Shown here: positions 41,905 to 55,627 of the stretch, piece by piece
How positions within the stretch are numbered: the first letter of the stretch is position 1
How the letters are laid out: each line of letters opens with the position of its first letter
NCBI RefSeq assembly: GCF_009914755.1
Contig: NC_060942.1
Reading direction: 5' to 3' (one strand)
DNA from: the human T2T-CHM13v2.0 reference genome, Homo sapiens
DNA: 64,000 bases
Notes under the pieces: generated by a model
The model's input: only the letters and a program-made list of their open reading frames with translations
Database searches by the model: none
Told to the model about the DNA's origin: nothing
Translations under genes and position numbers: made by a program

Positions 41905-41936
<32 letters not shown>
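41905..41936. repeat. (CA)16
   Basis: Visible directly. Confidence 0.95.
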
Positions 41937-41940
<4 letters not shown>

Positions 41941-44900
41941 TTCTTCCCCTTTTCATCACCACTCTCAGAATTAAAAACTAGCAAAATAAGCTAAAATACT
42001 TGATATTTTAAGATCCCTTCAAGGATTTAGCTTCCTGATGCATTCTTACGAAAAGGAAATACAACTGCATTAACCTCTCCAACCCTCCCCACCCCGTATA
42101 GACACACAGACTCTGCTTTTTAAATGAGAGCTATACAAGTTGGAACAGCCTTGGATAAACTGTAGTCCAGAAAGTCAAATATACACCTCTACAGATGACA
42201 TGAACCTGCTTTAACTTTTCAGGAAAAGCCTCAAAAATCATAGAGTTCTTGTTGGCTAAATACCATCTGAAAAAAAAAAAGGCTTCATATCAGCTATGTC
42301 AAACCAAAATCAGAATTTTCAGTAGTTGCTCTTCAACAAGTCCAGAAGAAGTCCATTCTCTTCCCTTTTAGAACAATACATTTTAGCTATTTCTTCTATT
42401 ATTATTATTATTGACACCTTACGCTTACTCCTTTAGCACTGTTTCTAAATATAACCTCAGAATTAAATTTTGAACTCCTTGAGTTTAGAGACATTATTTT
42501 ATTTATTTTTCTTTATATCTTAAGTCCTAACTAAGAAAATATCCAATAAAGGTTGAGGAGGTAATGACTAAATTGATCAGAACATAATCAGGGTTTTAAC
42601 TGTCATCTTCACTATTGATAAGTAAAGCAATTCTGTGGTATAATTAAATTAGCTACATAAGGGGATGTTTTGTTGCTGTTTTTGAACAATAGCACAGAAG
42701 TACTTGGCTGGGAATGTGAATGTTACGTAATTTTCAGGATTGTATCATTCATATAGAAAATACATATTCTAATATGATCTATGTACCTGCATATTAGGTG
42801 CATTTGTACCCAGAGTAGAGACGTCTCTTTCTGAAATCATTCCTCCTATCTTTTGGTCCTCGTCCCCATAATTATCCTCAATGTGGGCGAAAAAAGTGTA
42901 TTTTGGTTTCACATTAAGTCAGTTCTTAGTGCCACTTTTCTTCCCAATAAATTTGATTTTCATGAAGTTGGATTCCATTAGTCTCCTTTCTGAAAAACAT
43001 TCTTACTTTTTCACAATTCAAACCTCAAATAACACTTAAAATAAAAGATCAGTTAAAATTATTTTAATTTTTCTAGAAAAATTAGGAATGAGGCCAATTA
43101 AATGGGGTGAGTGGGAATGGTCCGAAAGTCCTTGAAATGCCACATTGAACTGTTTTCTACAAAACAGCTCCCTCTGGTGGAAGCAGAACCCTTTCTCTGG
43201 GTGAGACCAGGCACACAACCTGGAAAGTTAGGGCATCCTCTGAAAACGGACAGTCCAAGGCAGGTGGGAGAAAAGACGAATTCTAAAACCCGAACTATGA
43301 AATGGTTTGTCTTCAAATTAAACTGTTCTCATCACTGCCCAAAAGTTTTTGGAATAATCTGCCAGGGAACCCTAAACAGTCATGTATTAATATCTGCAAA
43401 ATATGCAAAATTCAAAGTTCAGAGAAGCTGCCCTCCAGCTGCTAAGTAGATGGGACTACATAATTCACAAGTTCCCAAATTTAATCAAGAGCCCTAAGGA
43501 TAAAGAGAAAGAGAAATTAAACACCGAGCTCAGAAGCTGTGAAAGTCTGTGCAGATTGGAGGAAAGAGTGGCCTTGGAAGTTCAGCCTCGAGTTCATGAA
43601 TAGACAAAGGCATGATTTCAAAGCAAAAACAGCCCTATAGAATCCATCCTGTACTCCACACAGTCACTTTCATTGTTTGTAAAGGTCAGTGGGTTTTTAT
43701 ACTAAATAGCTGGAACTGAAGGACATCATGATGTTACTCATTGTTTATTTTACCATATTATCTCTCCACATCTGTGGTCTTTTGTGTTTACACTACATTT
43801 TTTCATCATTTTTCTACGATGTCAATTTGTATGGTTCTTCTTAATGTAAAAAAAATACAAACTATTGCTGCTTAACGACAACTTATAAAAATGTAAATGA
43901 ATGTAAATGCTATACAAATTTGGAAAATTGAGTAAAACCCAACAAGGAACCTACTTACTACCTCTTTATTGAAATCTCCAGCAGAGTAACATCCATTCAT
44001 TCAGTATCTATATTACCACTTAGGGCAAAATGCAGTGGCATTGAAAACTATCTCTAGGACTGAGCAGAAAGAGTGACAGTGACTCTTCTCCATGACTGCC
44101 ATGCCCCAGGTATCTCTGTCTAGATGACCATCTTCTCTGAGCTCCTGGTTGGCTAGCGTCTTCTATCCATCATTTCTATTTCAGATTACTTGCTGAAGGC
44201 CAAATCATCTCTCTGGTAAAAATGCTGCCTCTCAGCAGTGTTCTGGGGAGAGACAATATGGAGTACCTTCTAGTCATCTCCTCTAAGGATGATCAAATAT
44301 ACTTTCATTGAGGTCACACAAGGAAAAGCCTGCCTCTGCCAATGAAAAACACTAAGAAATCCGCCTGTAAAGATGACTTCTCAGAGGACAGACCCTGGAT
44401 CTGAGATCTAGCCCTCGTCCCCACAGTCTCAGGAGGAGGGCTGCTATGAGGAGCCAGGAGCAGCTGTCACAGCTCAGTCACACAGGGTCAGATCCCACCC
44501 CACCCACGCAGGCCTGCAGGCTGGGGATGGCCATGTGCACTTCATACACACAGTCCTCTCTGACCCTTGTGTGGCCACATTTTAGATAGCTAGTGTGGGA
44601 AGAGGAAGTTTGACTACTTCATCAATCAAAACAGTGAATGAATAAACATCACCAGTGACCAGTGTCGGTTTCTTGTCTGCAAAACAATGATGCCCTGAGA
44701 TAATGCTGTCTGAGCTAGACTCGCTGTGGTGGGAGGCAGGGTGGAAAGCTGAGGTTAGAGAACAGGGTGACCTGTCCACAGATGTGGACTCTTTCCATCC
44801 TACATGCTACTGCATCTCAGTGCCTGAGAGGAGGCTACCCATTAGAAAGGCAATCGTCATTGTCACCAGATGGGCATGCTTGGTCTCAGATTTGCTCAGA

Positions 44901-45405
44901 TGTCATACACCTTTCGGGGGCAGGAAAAGAAATGCCAGAAATAAAATCCATAGCACATTAAGTAGATTGTAAAATGTCAGTATGTAACTCAAGCTAATAA
45001 AATAATTCAGGGATGCTAATCAACCTTCCAAGTTGAATTAAATTTATGGTTAAATGAGATACAGAAAATACTTCTTCAAAGAAGAATCTGAGGATAATTA
45101 TTGGTTTTATCAGTAATTTGGTTCTAAAGACAAAAATATATTATCCAAAAAAATTGTTTGGCCATAGAAAGGAGGGGTACTCCAGATACAAGTCTAATTG
45201 GCTAACCATAATCCCAGCCTGATCAAATTTCTAGTATGTTTTGTTGTTAACGTATGATGTCTGTATAAATGAACACTTGGTAGAGTAGATCAACTTTTGC
45301 ATTAAATTGAAGACTGGAGTCTACAAATGCTTATCTTATGGAGCCCAAACTGAGCCAAGCAAATGGTGATTTGAAAAAAGAGGAAATATCTCCTCCCTTT
45401 AAACG

Positions 45406-45432
<27 letters not shown>
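45406..45432. repeat. (CA)n
   Basis: Visible directly. Confidence 0.95.
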
Positions 45433-45437
<5 letters not shown>

Positions 45438-45457
45438 GAACATATATGTATGATTAT

Positions 45458-45620
45458 TAGGGTTACCAGATTAGACAATAAAATACAGCACATACATTTA
45501 AATTTCAACTTCAAATACAAATGAATAATTCAATATTTTGGTATAAATGTCCCACGTATTAGTATGCTAAAAATTACTTGTTGTATGTCTGAAATTCAAA
45601 CAATTTATCTGGCAATCATA
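45458..45620. mobile_element. MER53 palindromic hAT MITE
   Basis: tagggttaccagat...atctggcaatcata termini; palindromic interior. Confidence 0.85.
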
Positions 45621-45857
45621 ACTACAACACAAACACATGTAATAACAGGTGTGTGTAGACTGTAGTAATTTTTATGTTAATTTTGGAGATTTTTTCTCTG
45701 TAGGAGAGAGAGAGGTTGAGAGAGCAAGAGAGAGACAACAAATCTATCAGTATAACAAGAACTGAGAGTAAGAAAAGAATCATGAAATCTACTGGAAAAA
45801 AGTATCCATATTATCCCTAAACACATATACTTCCCAAAATACACAGAGAGCTTACTG

Positions 45858-46132
45858 ATTTTTTTTTTTCTTGAGACCGAGTCTTGCTCTGTTGCCCAGG
45901 CTCATTGCAACCTCCGCCTCCCGGGTTCAAGCAATTCTTCTGCCTCAGCCTCCTGAGTAGCTGAGACCATAGGCACGCGCCATCATGCCTGGCTGATTTT
46001 TTTGTATTTTTAGTAGAGACAGGGGGTTTCGTCATGTTTGCCCGGCTGGTCATGAACTCCTGACCTCAGGTGATCCACCTGCCTTGGCCTCCAAAAGTGC
46101 AGGGATTACAGGTTGAGCCACCGTGTCTGGCT
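45858..46132 (-). mobile_element. AluSx-like with a ~25-bp internal deletion
   Basis: gcccaggct joined to cattgcaacctcc (GGCT microhomology). Confidence 0.92.
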
Positions 46133-47026
46133 GGTATTTTTAAAAAGAATACCATTGTAAGTAAAAATGATCTTATCAGTATGTTAGTACTGACATTTCC
46201 CAAGATTTATGCTATTATTCCTTTCATGCATTTTAATAAAGTAGGATACTTTAGAATCCAAAATTGAGATAAAAAAATTTTGAGGAAAATTTTCTTTGTG
46301 TTTGTGTATACTAATATACTATATATATATATACACACACACACTAATATAATATATATTATACATAAAATATATATTTAAATAATACTACCTCAGGAAA
46401 TTGTTGTATTATAACAAATAAAGTCTTTTCAAAATGTGGAAACAAATATTATTAATAATAACTTAAGCATTGAAAATAAAACACAAGTACAAGTTTCTTT
46501 CACACCCGCTTCTTTGCACCTGTAAGGATAACACTCAACTAACACAGTACGGCACTTTGAGATGCAGACTGAGTCTTAAGTTTAAAGTTCCAGGCCTTCT
46601 AAAAAACATTTCAGAAAAGTTACCACTAATTGTGAATCAAATACAGAGAATACTTCACTAAAGAGGAAGCTGTAGCCATTTTATAGAGGCTTTCCTAGGC
46701 CACACTATTTTCAAAGATAGGAATACATAACCACCTTAAAGAAATGTGTTGCAAAAAGTATGATGGTCGTACTTTCCTTTTTCAAGCCTCTGTGTCACTA
46801 CAAACCTAACCCTCACATTCTACTGTGAAATCTATACAGTTGATTCTTGTTATTCATGGTTGTTATGTCTATAGCATTGCTATGAAGATAGAATTAGCGA
46901 ACACTGAACCATTGTTCTTAGGGGAAATACAAGGTTAGGTTCCTGTGAGCCTCTGGTTACATTTTTGTCCACAGATCAATACATAATCTTGTGTTATGAG
47001 TGTTTCTGTTTTAAAGAAAATGTATT

Positions 47027-47156
47027 GGCTGGGTGCAGTGGCTCATGCTTGTAATCCCAGCACTTTGGGAGGCCAAGGTGGGAGGACTGCTTGAGCCCAG
47101 GAGTTCAACACCAGACCAGGCAACACACTAAGACCTCATTTCTAAAAATTTTTTTT
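47027..47156 (+). mobile_element. FLAM_C / AluJ left monomer
   Basis: Single left arm, gagcccaggagttc. Confidence 0.88.
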
Positions 47157-47173
47157 AAAAGAAAACTTACTGG

Positions 47174-47455
47174 GGCCAGGCACGGTGGCTCATGCCTGTA
47201 ATCTCAGCACTTTGGGAGGCCAAAGTGGGCGGATCACGAGGTCAGGAGATTGAGACCATCCTGGCTACCACAGTGAAACCCCGTCTCTACTAAAAATGCA
47301 AAACAAATTAGCCGGGCATGGTGGCAGGCGACTGTAGTCTCAGCTACCTGGGAGGCTGAGGCAGCAAGTAGAATGGCGTGAACCCGGGAGGCAGAGCTTG
47401 CTTTGAGATCGCGCCACTGCACTCCAGCCTGGGCGACAGAGTGAGACTCCGTCTC

Positions 47456-47480
<25 letters not shown>
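47174..47480 (+). mobile_element. AluY
   Basis: gatcacgaggtcaggagattgagaccatcctggct; long poly(A). Confidence 0.94.
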
Positions 47481-47488
<8 letters not shown>

Positions 47489-48592
47489 CCTATTTGATAT
47501 ACATTATTGTTTCATTAACATTGAACTTATGGCCAACAGCAAAATTATTCAAGCCTGAACAAAGCCGATGTAACACATGTATTTTCTCCGTGAGACACAT
47601 CACAGCCTTCCGGTGCTTGGGAACCCTAGACAGCACTTCAGCACCATGCATGGGTGCCATTTTAAACCGTGAAATCACACACGAAATATAAAAAATGTGG
47701 CATCAAATAGATGAACGGACACTTGTTTATGGTATGAGAAGTAAAGGAAGAGAGCAGAGTGTCACTTTGTGCCAGCTCAGCTGGGAACATGGGCTTTGGG
47801 GAACTCAAATTTTTTGCAGTCTGTGCATGCCCAAGAATGACCCTGAAAGCATTTTCAGTATTGATCTGGGATTACAGATACATTTTAGCAGGAATGTGAA
47901 TTCACACATACAGAATCTGTAAATAATGAGGATTAACTATATTTAGGCTTTAGAATGTATTCTATACAATTCAACTTACCCTTTAGGATCACCAACTAGA
48001 CAGTCCATTTCTGGCTGAGAGGGGCTACGTCTGGTTTTGCTTGCCGTTGTATGAATCACTCAACCCACACTCTATCTAGTCCCACCACTCACTGTTGTGC
48101 TATCTTTATGCGATAGGTTGTCGCATGAATAAATGTACAGGACTTGCTCATTCAGATTCTGTTAGGGTGTTCCACAGAAGGTCAAAAATCAGCAAAACTC
48201 TGGATCACAAGTATTTAAAAATTCCCCAGGCAACTGTCCCCTAACCTCCTCCCCCAATCAACTGGCTGGTCCCCCATTTCCAAACACAAAGCCCAGCCCA
48301 TCCCAGCTTTCAGAAACTTGTCTCCTTATTCCCTGCTGCATGTGCGTGGGCCTTCAAAAAGCCTTTGTGAAAGCTCTAGCTGCTGAATATTTGATGAGCA
48401 ACATATGGTTGAATGATAGAATCAGTTACTGCTATTCAAAGACAGATGCAGCCCAATCAGCACCTTCTCACTGCTCTCAGCTCACTCCTATGGGACAAGT
48501 GTTGGCTGAACTCTCACTTTTATGAAAATGTGGTCAGCACAGCCTGTATCCTTGATCATGGCCTTCTAATAACCTGGCTGTTGAATGAGCCG

Positions 48593-48687
48593 GGGGATAA
48601 ATAAGTAATCAATCCTCACCTACTGCACAGTCAGCTAACTGGTGATAAATAAGTAATCAATCCTCACCTACTACACAGTCAGCTAAC
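48593..48687. repeat. 48-bp tandem duplication
   Basis: gataaataagtaatcaatcctcacctactRcacagtcagctaac x2. Confidence 0.95.
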
Positions 48688-50854
48688 AAGTAATTGTGGA
48701 AGTGAGAGAGTGCACGCGTCCACACAGCTACCTGGCAGGTGCTCCTTTGCGCCGTGGCTCCGCTGGGTGCTCGCTCAGGTCTTGCCTCTCTATGAGCCAC
48801 TTTCTGGGCTCCCTCCATCTCTTGTTCTCCTGAGGGCCTGGCCTCTTTCTAACTCTCAATACAGGATAAAGCAGTTAGGAATTATGTCGACCATTTAGTT
48901 CTGCACGGAATGGTCATGCCAAGGAGGCCAAGGCAGGCCAGGACTTGACAGATACAATCTACTGTGCAGTGCTCCGGCAGCCAGGCTATAGAGAAGCCAT
49001 ACAAGAGGGCTGAGGAAGGTGGAAGAGGAAATGTACAGGGGCATCTGTGGGGAGCCAGGGCTCATCTTCAGGAAATTGTGTATTGCTCCAAAACTTGTCT
49101 TTGATACGCTCTCTCTTACTTTTTCCTGCAAGGCCACTGCTAGCCCACTCATGGGACTCCTTAATATTCTAGTTTATGCAATTCAGAACTACAGTATTAG
49201 GTTTTGGTAGCAAAACAAGGACCAGATTTCCGTCTTCACTCATCCTTTCCATGGGGGCATGTGCAGGGCATGGCCTGTCCAGGTACACTCAGGAGCCCCG
49301 TTTTCTGCACGTGCCTCCCTGGGGTCCTCCTTACTGCATGGTACCTCCCACCACTGCTGCCCTTGCTCTCAGAGAATGGACGCAAACTTGTCCGAGCTGT
49401 TGGATGGTCAGCTAAGGTTGTGGATACAGACACAGTGGTGGTGACTGGCAAGTGGATGATTCACTGGGTGAGCATTCAGGAATAGCAGTGGGATGGGGGT
49501 GGGGAGCAAGGTTGGAATGGAGTAGGAGCGAGGGAGCCGCGCAGTGCAGCAAAGGCTCCTGCCTATCCCACAAGACGGCCTGGGGGAATTGTCCAAGAAC
49601 AGGGCAAGGGGCAAGGGGACAGGGACTCCTCTCCTCCCTCCCCATCCCCCAAATTCCACTCTTGGAAATGAGAGCCACATCCACAACAAAGAGGAGGCAA
49701 AGCTTGGATAAGGCAGATCCTTTTAGCAGAAAACAGTTCCCAGAACAGACACAGCCATGAGCTTTCAGACACCAACACTCCAGGCAATAGGGAGAATCGA
49801 AGTCTTGGTCCTAAGGAGGAGGGCACGGGGGGAATCTGGGGAGAGCACTACAGCAGCCACCACACTGGGAGTTAGGGCCTTTCTCCACAACAACTAAGAG
49901 TATGGCTTTGACAGGTGTCCCTGCATCTTAAAAGAGCAGTTTTCATTCCGCAGATGCTATTAGACCCCAGGGAATGCGAATATAATGATGATGACATTGA
50001 TGTTTGAGGGTGACATTCCTTTGCACCTAAGTGCAAAGGGACCTGTAAGAGTTAATGGCTGGCCAGGTTGCCAGGAAAGAGGAAAAACAGGCATCTTGAG
50101 GACGTGAAATCCACATGCAATCCTGCACACACGCATGCTCAGGTACTCCAGGCCTTCCTCCTGCATGATCTGCAGCTCTGAAAGTGGTTCCAGGCCAACC
50201 CACCCAGTGACACCTGCTGGGTGTAGACAGTCAAGAGCACAGCGGCAGCCACTGCCACCAACAGCATGTGACACCTCTTCAAGCCTGAAAGCCCCTGCTC
50301 CTGACTGCCCGAGGAGACTATTAGTGACTTTCCCCAATACCCCTTAAGGGCACAAAATACTGGCAAGCAAAAATGCAGAAAATAAATCTAGGCAAAATTA
50401 ACTTTTTAAAAAATGGAGAAAGGGAAGAGGGAAAGAAGAAAGGACAAAATGGTGACCCACAAGATTGAAAAGACCTGTCTTACGGTTACTCATGGCTCTG
50501 GGGCCAAGCGGACTGCCTGGCCCATTTCAGACACTCAGTAATGCTTATTCTGTGACCAAAGGAAATGAATGCATATTTTGTACCAGTATTCTCAGTGTGT
50601 TTATTTGACTTCCCTGCTTAATGCTGAGAAAATACTAAAAGGCAGCTTAAAGCACAGTAATTGTCTACTTACATGTTGGAAGGCAAGTGCCCAACATGCA
50701 TAATCTCTACATTTATCTTCCCTCACTATTAATTTTATAGTAAGATACAGCAGAATGAGGGAAATGCTTATATAGATAACTGAATTATTTATATTAGAAG
50801 CTTTCACTCACTGAATCAATTTTTAAAAATGATAGTTTCAGGAATTATTCAGTA

Positions 50855-50985
50855 GCCTCTGTGTGTTTCTTAATTTCCTTATCTGTAAAACATAAATAAT
50901 ACTATACCTGTCTCATGGGTATGGAAGCATTAAATGAATTACTATGTAGAAAGCTTGGGACAGTTGCCTGGCATATAGCTATACT
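50855..50985 (+). mobile_element. MIR
   Basis: tttccttatctgtaaaac...aagcttgggacagttgcctggcatatag. Confidence 0.75.
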
Positions 50986-51700
50986 GTGTTTCCTGTTTAT
51001 TCTTCTTATAATTAATAATCTGCACTTTTTGAAAGTTAAATATAAATTTTCATCTCAAAAGGCTATTTCCTGTGAATCAACTCAAATTCAAATGGGTCTG
51101 TTTAGGCAAAATAGCTACAGATGAAGTAAAGCTCAGATGCTCTAATAAATTATTCCATCAGAAATTAGTCTCGTCCAGGCTTTGAAGCAAGTCAGCTTCA
51201 AAAAAACTGAAATAAATTGACTCAAAAAATACATAAACAAATCAGCTACAGGTAAACACCTTTAAAGGGAAAATAACCCTAAGAAGTCAAAGGAGGAGCT
51301 ACGGTTTCCTCCTCTTGAGGGCTTTATCCATCTCTTCAGCACGTATCAGGCCTGATGAGTTCTTGTGAACAGCACTGCCAGCCCCTCAATGTTCTCTCCA
51401 GGATCAGTAACAAGCACTCAACATTCGAGGAAGCAGGAATCTGAGAATTCAAGTAACTTGCTGGAGATTATGCAGTGAATAGATGGTAGAGCCAGATTAA
51501 TATTCTGGTGACCAAGGGTCTGTCTTCTTTACCTTTGTATGCCTAACTGCCTAGTACAAGGCCTGGTAGAGCAGACACCAGGTAACGTTTGTCAAATGAG
51601 TAAATGAAAGAATGGTAACTTGAAGAGCTGATCAACAAACTGACACCAACTCAAGTGAACTAACTCAACTGTAATAACAGGGCAGCATTTAAATAAAAGG

Positions 51701-52058
51701 TGATATGGTTTGGCTGCATCCCCACCCAAATCAAATCTTGAATTGTAGCTGTCATAATTCCCACATGTTGTGGGAGGGACGTGGTGGAAGGTAACTGAAT
51801 CATGGGGATGGTTTCCCCCATACTGTTCTCACGGTAGTAAGTCTCAAGAGATCTGATGATTTTATAAGACATTTCCCCTTTTGCTTGGCTCTCCTTCTGT
51901 CTTGCCTGCCACCATGTAAGACATGCCTTTCGCCTCCCACCATGATTGTGAGGCCTCCCCAGCCACGTGGAACTGTGAGTCCATTAAACCTCTTTTTCTT
52001 TATAAATTACCCAGTTTCAGCTATGTCTTTATCAGCAGCATGAAAACGGAGTAATACA
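51701..52058 (+). mobile_element. THE1B-like MaLR solo LTR
   Basis: tgatatggtttggctg...taataca; perfect 5-bp TSD AAAGG. Confidence 0.95.
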
Positions 52059-52678
52059 AAAGGTGAAGCCATATTTTAGATAACACTTATTGTAGCCAAA
52101 TAAAGCAAAAAGCTTGGGGCTTCTGAAATACTTTCTTTAGTCGTATAATATGACCTAGTGTTTCCTAAACTGAGAATTATAGGCTGCCTGAAACTCCCTC
52201 TGTCTGACTGAGTAGTGTATGCCCAATATAAGGCAACAATGGAATATGACATCTGTACCATCTCAAAAAAGAACAACTAAAATAACCTAAAAGACCCGCA
52301 TTAATTTATTTAAAAATTCAAGAAACAGGCATCTAATTTTTTTTAGCATTCCTTTTGGTGGTGAGCTGATATTGATAATAAAACACCTAATAATTCACCC
52401 AATTAAATATTTTCCTGTGTTTTGCTTTATTATGACATAATAAAACATAATAATAATAATAAGCCTAATGGTATAAGCACTGTTTTTAACCAAAACCAGA
52501 TGCAATCAGCTTTAAATGTCTGCTACTATTTCCTTTTTGATGTCTAAACATGTCTTTACAAGTCACAGATCGCATTGCCTCTTCAAATGGGGCATCGTTT
52601 TTCTTTTCTGAGGGGCCATTAGTGATCTGGCAAAGTGTATGCTGGGTCAGAGCCTCAGGATAAGGTGCTTTTGGTGTT

Positions 52679-52684
<6 letters not shown>

Positions 52685-52710
<26 letters not shown>
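52685..52710. repeat. (AC)13
   Basis: Visible directly. Confidence 0.95.
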
Positions 52711-53496
52711 GATTACTTACAGGATTAGCACAACTTCCTTTTAAAGTAGAACCCTTGTCCAGAGCAGAGTAGAATAAAATATGTTTTTCTATCTTCTAAG
52801 GACTTTGACAACAGGTTACAAAAGTTAACTTGATCTGCTAAAAATTTCACTTGGTTACAATTGTCACCAAAGCACAGTAAGCCCCTCCCTTCCTACCCCT
52901 TTCTAATTCTGCCTCTCCAAATGTTGGAAAAGATCCTAAAAAACTATATATATATAAAATTAATAATAAATTTTGAGTGTAAATGCAAGGAAATATATCT
53001 GGGGAATTGCTACTTTGCTCAAGATAACAAAGCAAAATTTACCAGGTTTAAAAAAAAAAAAACTCAAATGATATTTCAGAAACCTACCCCTTTCAAAACA
53101 AGGAGGAGAAAAATCTTCTCCACAAAAGCACATATTGAAAAAATATTTTGGGGGCAAGGCCTGAAAGGGTTGGCAGTGTGCAGTTCTGTTATTATTCCCG
53201 TGGCCATTTTATGGGCCTCAGCAAAACACTGGGGTCATTATCTGTCTTCTGGTTACTCCAGGAGAGCTAGCCATCACAACCCAATGGAAGAGACTTCAGA
53301 GAAACCCACACAGGCACCAGAAGTCCTTCCCTTTCATCTGCCACTGTGGGGTTTTGTTCTCATCTATTACAATGTAGTCCAATCTTAGACTGCATTCAGA
53401 ACAAAGGCTCTCAGACTGAGGATGAGTTCTTGGATAAGACGACAACTTTGTTCTTAGAAATAATTAACACACCTTAGACAGCAACCATCACTTAGG

Positions 53497-53497
<1 letters not shown>

Positions 53498-53537
<40 letters not shown>

Positions 53538-53556
53538 TGGGTGTGGGTGTGGGTGT
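53498..53556. repeat. (TG)n grading into (GGGTGT)4
   Basis: Visible directly. Confidence 0.95.
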
Positions 53557-53914
53557 AACATAAACATTTCATATACGAACTGATTAGATGATGATTCTTC
53601 TAAAATAGTCTGGCTGTAGGACAACGGCTAGTGTTGCCCAGGAAGTGTAGTCTTGTGATTTGGAGCACATTTCTTCTCAACTAGCCCCCAATAAATAACT
53701 GATTCTCCCAAGAAAGAAGTAGATATGACCTGTCCATCTACTCCAGCCTGCAAGAGCACATATTCACAAAGATAGCTTGTTGGCAGGACTAAATAAGCAA
53801 ACAGAAACAATTTCCAGCAGAGAGTAAATGTCACACTGTAGCTGGATGCGTGTCCCCTATCTCAGACTGCGGCCACTTTACTGATAATATCAGAACGATC
53901 AATTATTGTGAGTA

Positions 53915-54079
53915 GATGGAAGGATGTTTCTGTAGTTCTTGTTGAAACCAACTGAAAAGGGCTCTGGACTTTGGACAATTTCAGAATCAAAAACTAAGAA
54001 TTTACGACCTGGTGCATGACTGGAGGAAGCATCTATGCCAGCTTTGTGGGTAGGACCTCTGTGGACAACTGGAAAGGCT
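53915..54079 (+). repeat. Segment A; inverted paralogue at 58958-59119
   Basis: About 90% identical over the ~140-bp core, one 7-bp indel. Confidence 0.95.
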
Positions 54080-55174
54080 TGGTGAAGTGAAGCCACGAAA
54101 GAAAAGCAGGAAGTAGACTGACCAAAATGTACCAGGTCTCACTGAGGCAGTTTCAATTTTTCAATAGGAGAAAAGAGCTTTAATTTCAGTGCCTCCTTAT
54201 GTGGTATTCTTAGTTTAAGTGATTTTTATTCCAGTTAGCTTCATAATTTTTTTTTTTCATTTCAGAATGGAGGTTCTGCCTTTGCAATCAATGGTTTTTC
54301 TATTCTCTAATACAATGAGTTAGTGTATAGAGGGTACTTAGAATAGTACCTGGCACACAGAAATGTGACATAAAATTCAGTGCTTCAGATAAAGAACCTC
54401 TCCAGATTAATCTCTGAGTCTCTGGGCTGTCCCAAATGGATACTGCTTGACTTTTACAGTCAGGATTCTAGGATGAATCCAGTGAGTTAACACTTCCTCA
54501 GGATGCTGCCTTCTCACCTGGGTATCTCATTTCATAACATGTGAGATCACATATATTCATCATGGAAAACTACATAGTTACTCCACGTGTATTCGCCCAG
54601 CTGTTCTCATTCAAATAAACCTCAAGCCTCCACATTCATGATAAGGAGTCACCTTTGAACCCTTTGTTTTATACTAGTCTTTTTTTAAATTTGACAAGTC
54701 TAATTTAATCAGTTTAGAGAAATAAAAGCATCACTGGAGTAAGGAGGTGGCTTTCTAAGATTGCTACATTGAAAGAGTTACCACTCAATAAGATATATAA
54801 AATCTAATATGTTTGAGAGGTGACTTTAATTAAGAGCAGTGTTTTTCTCCACCTTTTTTATCCTCTACAAATCCAAATATAGTCTTTTGGGAAGAACAAT
54901 CCTTCAATTAATATTTGGTGAAAGAAATAATTGGTCACACTTAATATGATATATTATCTATGTAACATACAGGTATGTGATGATCTATCTGCACCAATGC
55001 ATATTAAAATATCTCCCTTAAGCATACTCACATTATCTCTCCAGACCCTTGTTCCCAGAGCCTGGTGATGTATCAGCCAACAAGTATTTATTAAGTGACT
55101 AGGTTTCCTTCTTTCTTTGCAAATTTGCAGGAGCGTTAGCTCTGTCGTCAAGGGCATGAGTCAGAACAACACAG

Positions 55175-55335
55175 TGGCTGAGTGTGGCTCACCCATGCAG
55201 CACCTGGGTGTCCTGCAGCTTGCTATGAACCCACATGAAACTCAGTCTTTGTCTGTGACATGAGGATTATTGATCATAGTAACAGCTCCCTTAAACGTGT
55301 GTTGTGAAAATTAAATTAATAAATTCATGTAAATA
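55175..55335 (+). mobile_element. MIR
   Basis: ctcagtctttgtctgtgacatgaggat...gttgtgaaaattaaattaataaattcatgtaaa. Confidence 0.6.
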
Positions 55336-55627
55336 ATTTTATGAACTTAGTAGAGAGGGCTATCAGCTCTTTAATGACCAATCAATTAATCTAAGTACTA
55401 TGTAACTAAAAATTGGACACACCAGCTGTATCTTGGAGTAGTACACCAAAAAAACCTTGCAAATTTCATATTTCTTTACTAATATTTAGAAAGCACTAGT
55501 AAGATCCTATAGTAAAGACTGGCTATAGTCACACAAATGAGAATAAGATTTCTAAGTCTAGCTCACTCTGACATTCAAATTAATAATGCTGTGCTTCAAA
55601 ATAATAATAATAACAGCCCACTTAAAA

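Larger units (their letters stand above)
46837..47939 (-). mobile_element. MER82-like Tigger element, interrupted by two Alus; carries a transposase N-terminal remnant
   Basis: TA-CAGTTGATTCTTGTTATT...AATAATGAGGATTAACTA-TA; minus-strand peptide KHRKAVMCLTEKIHVL...AVGHKFNVNETIMYIK resembles the Tigger/CENP-B N-terminal HTH. Confidence 0.85.

Noticed and set aside
47490-47678. TIGD-like gene exon
   Set aside because: Lies inside the MER82 element; transposase remnant only
52861-53388. 175-aa ORF
   Set aside because: Non-ATG start, runs through (TA)n and poly(A), no homology recognised
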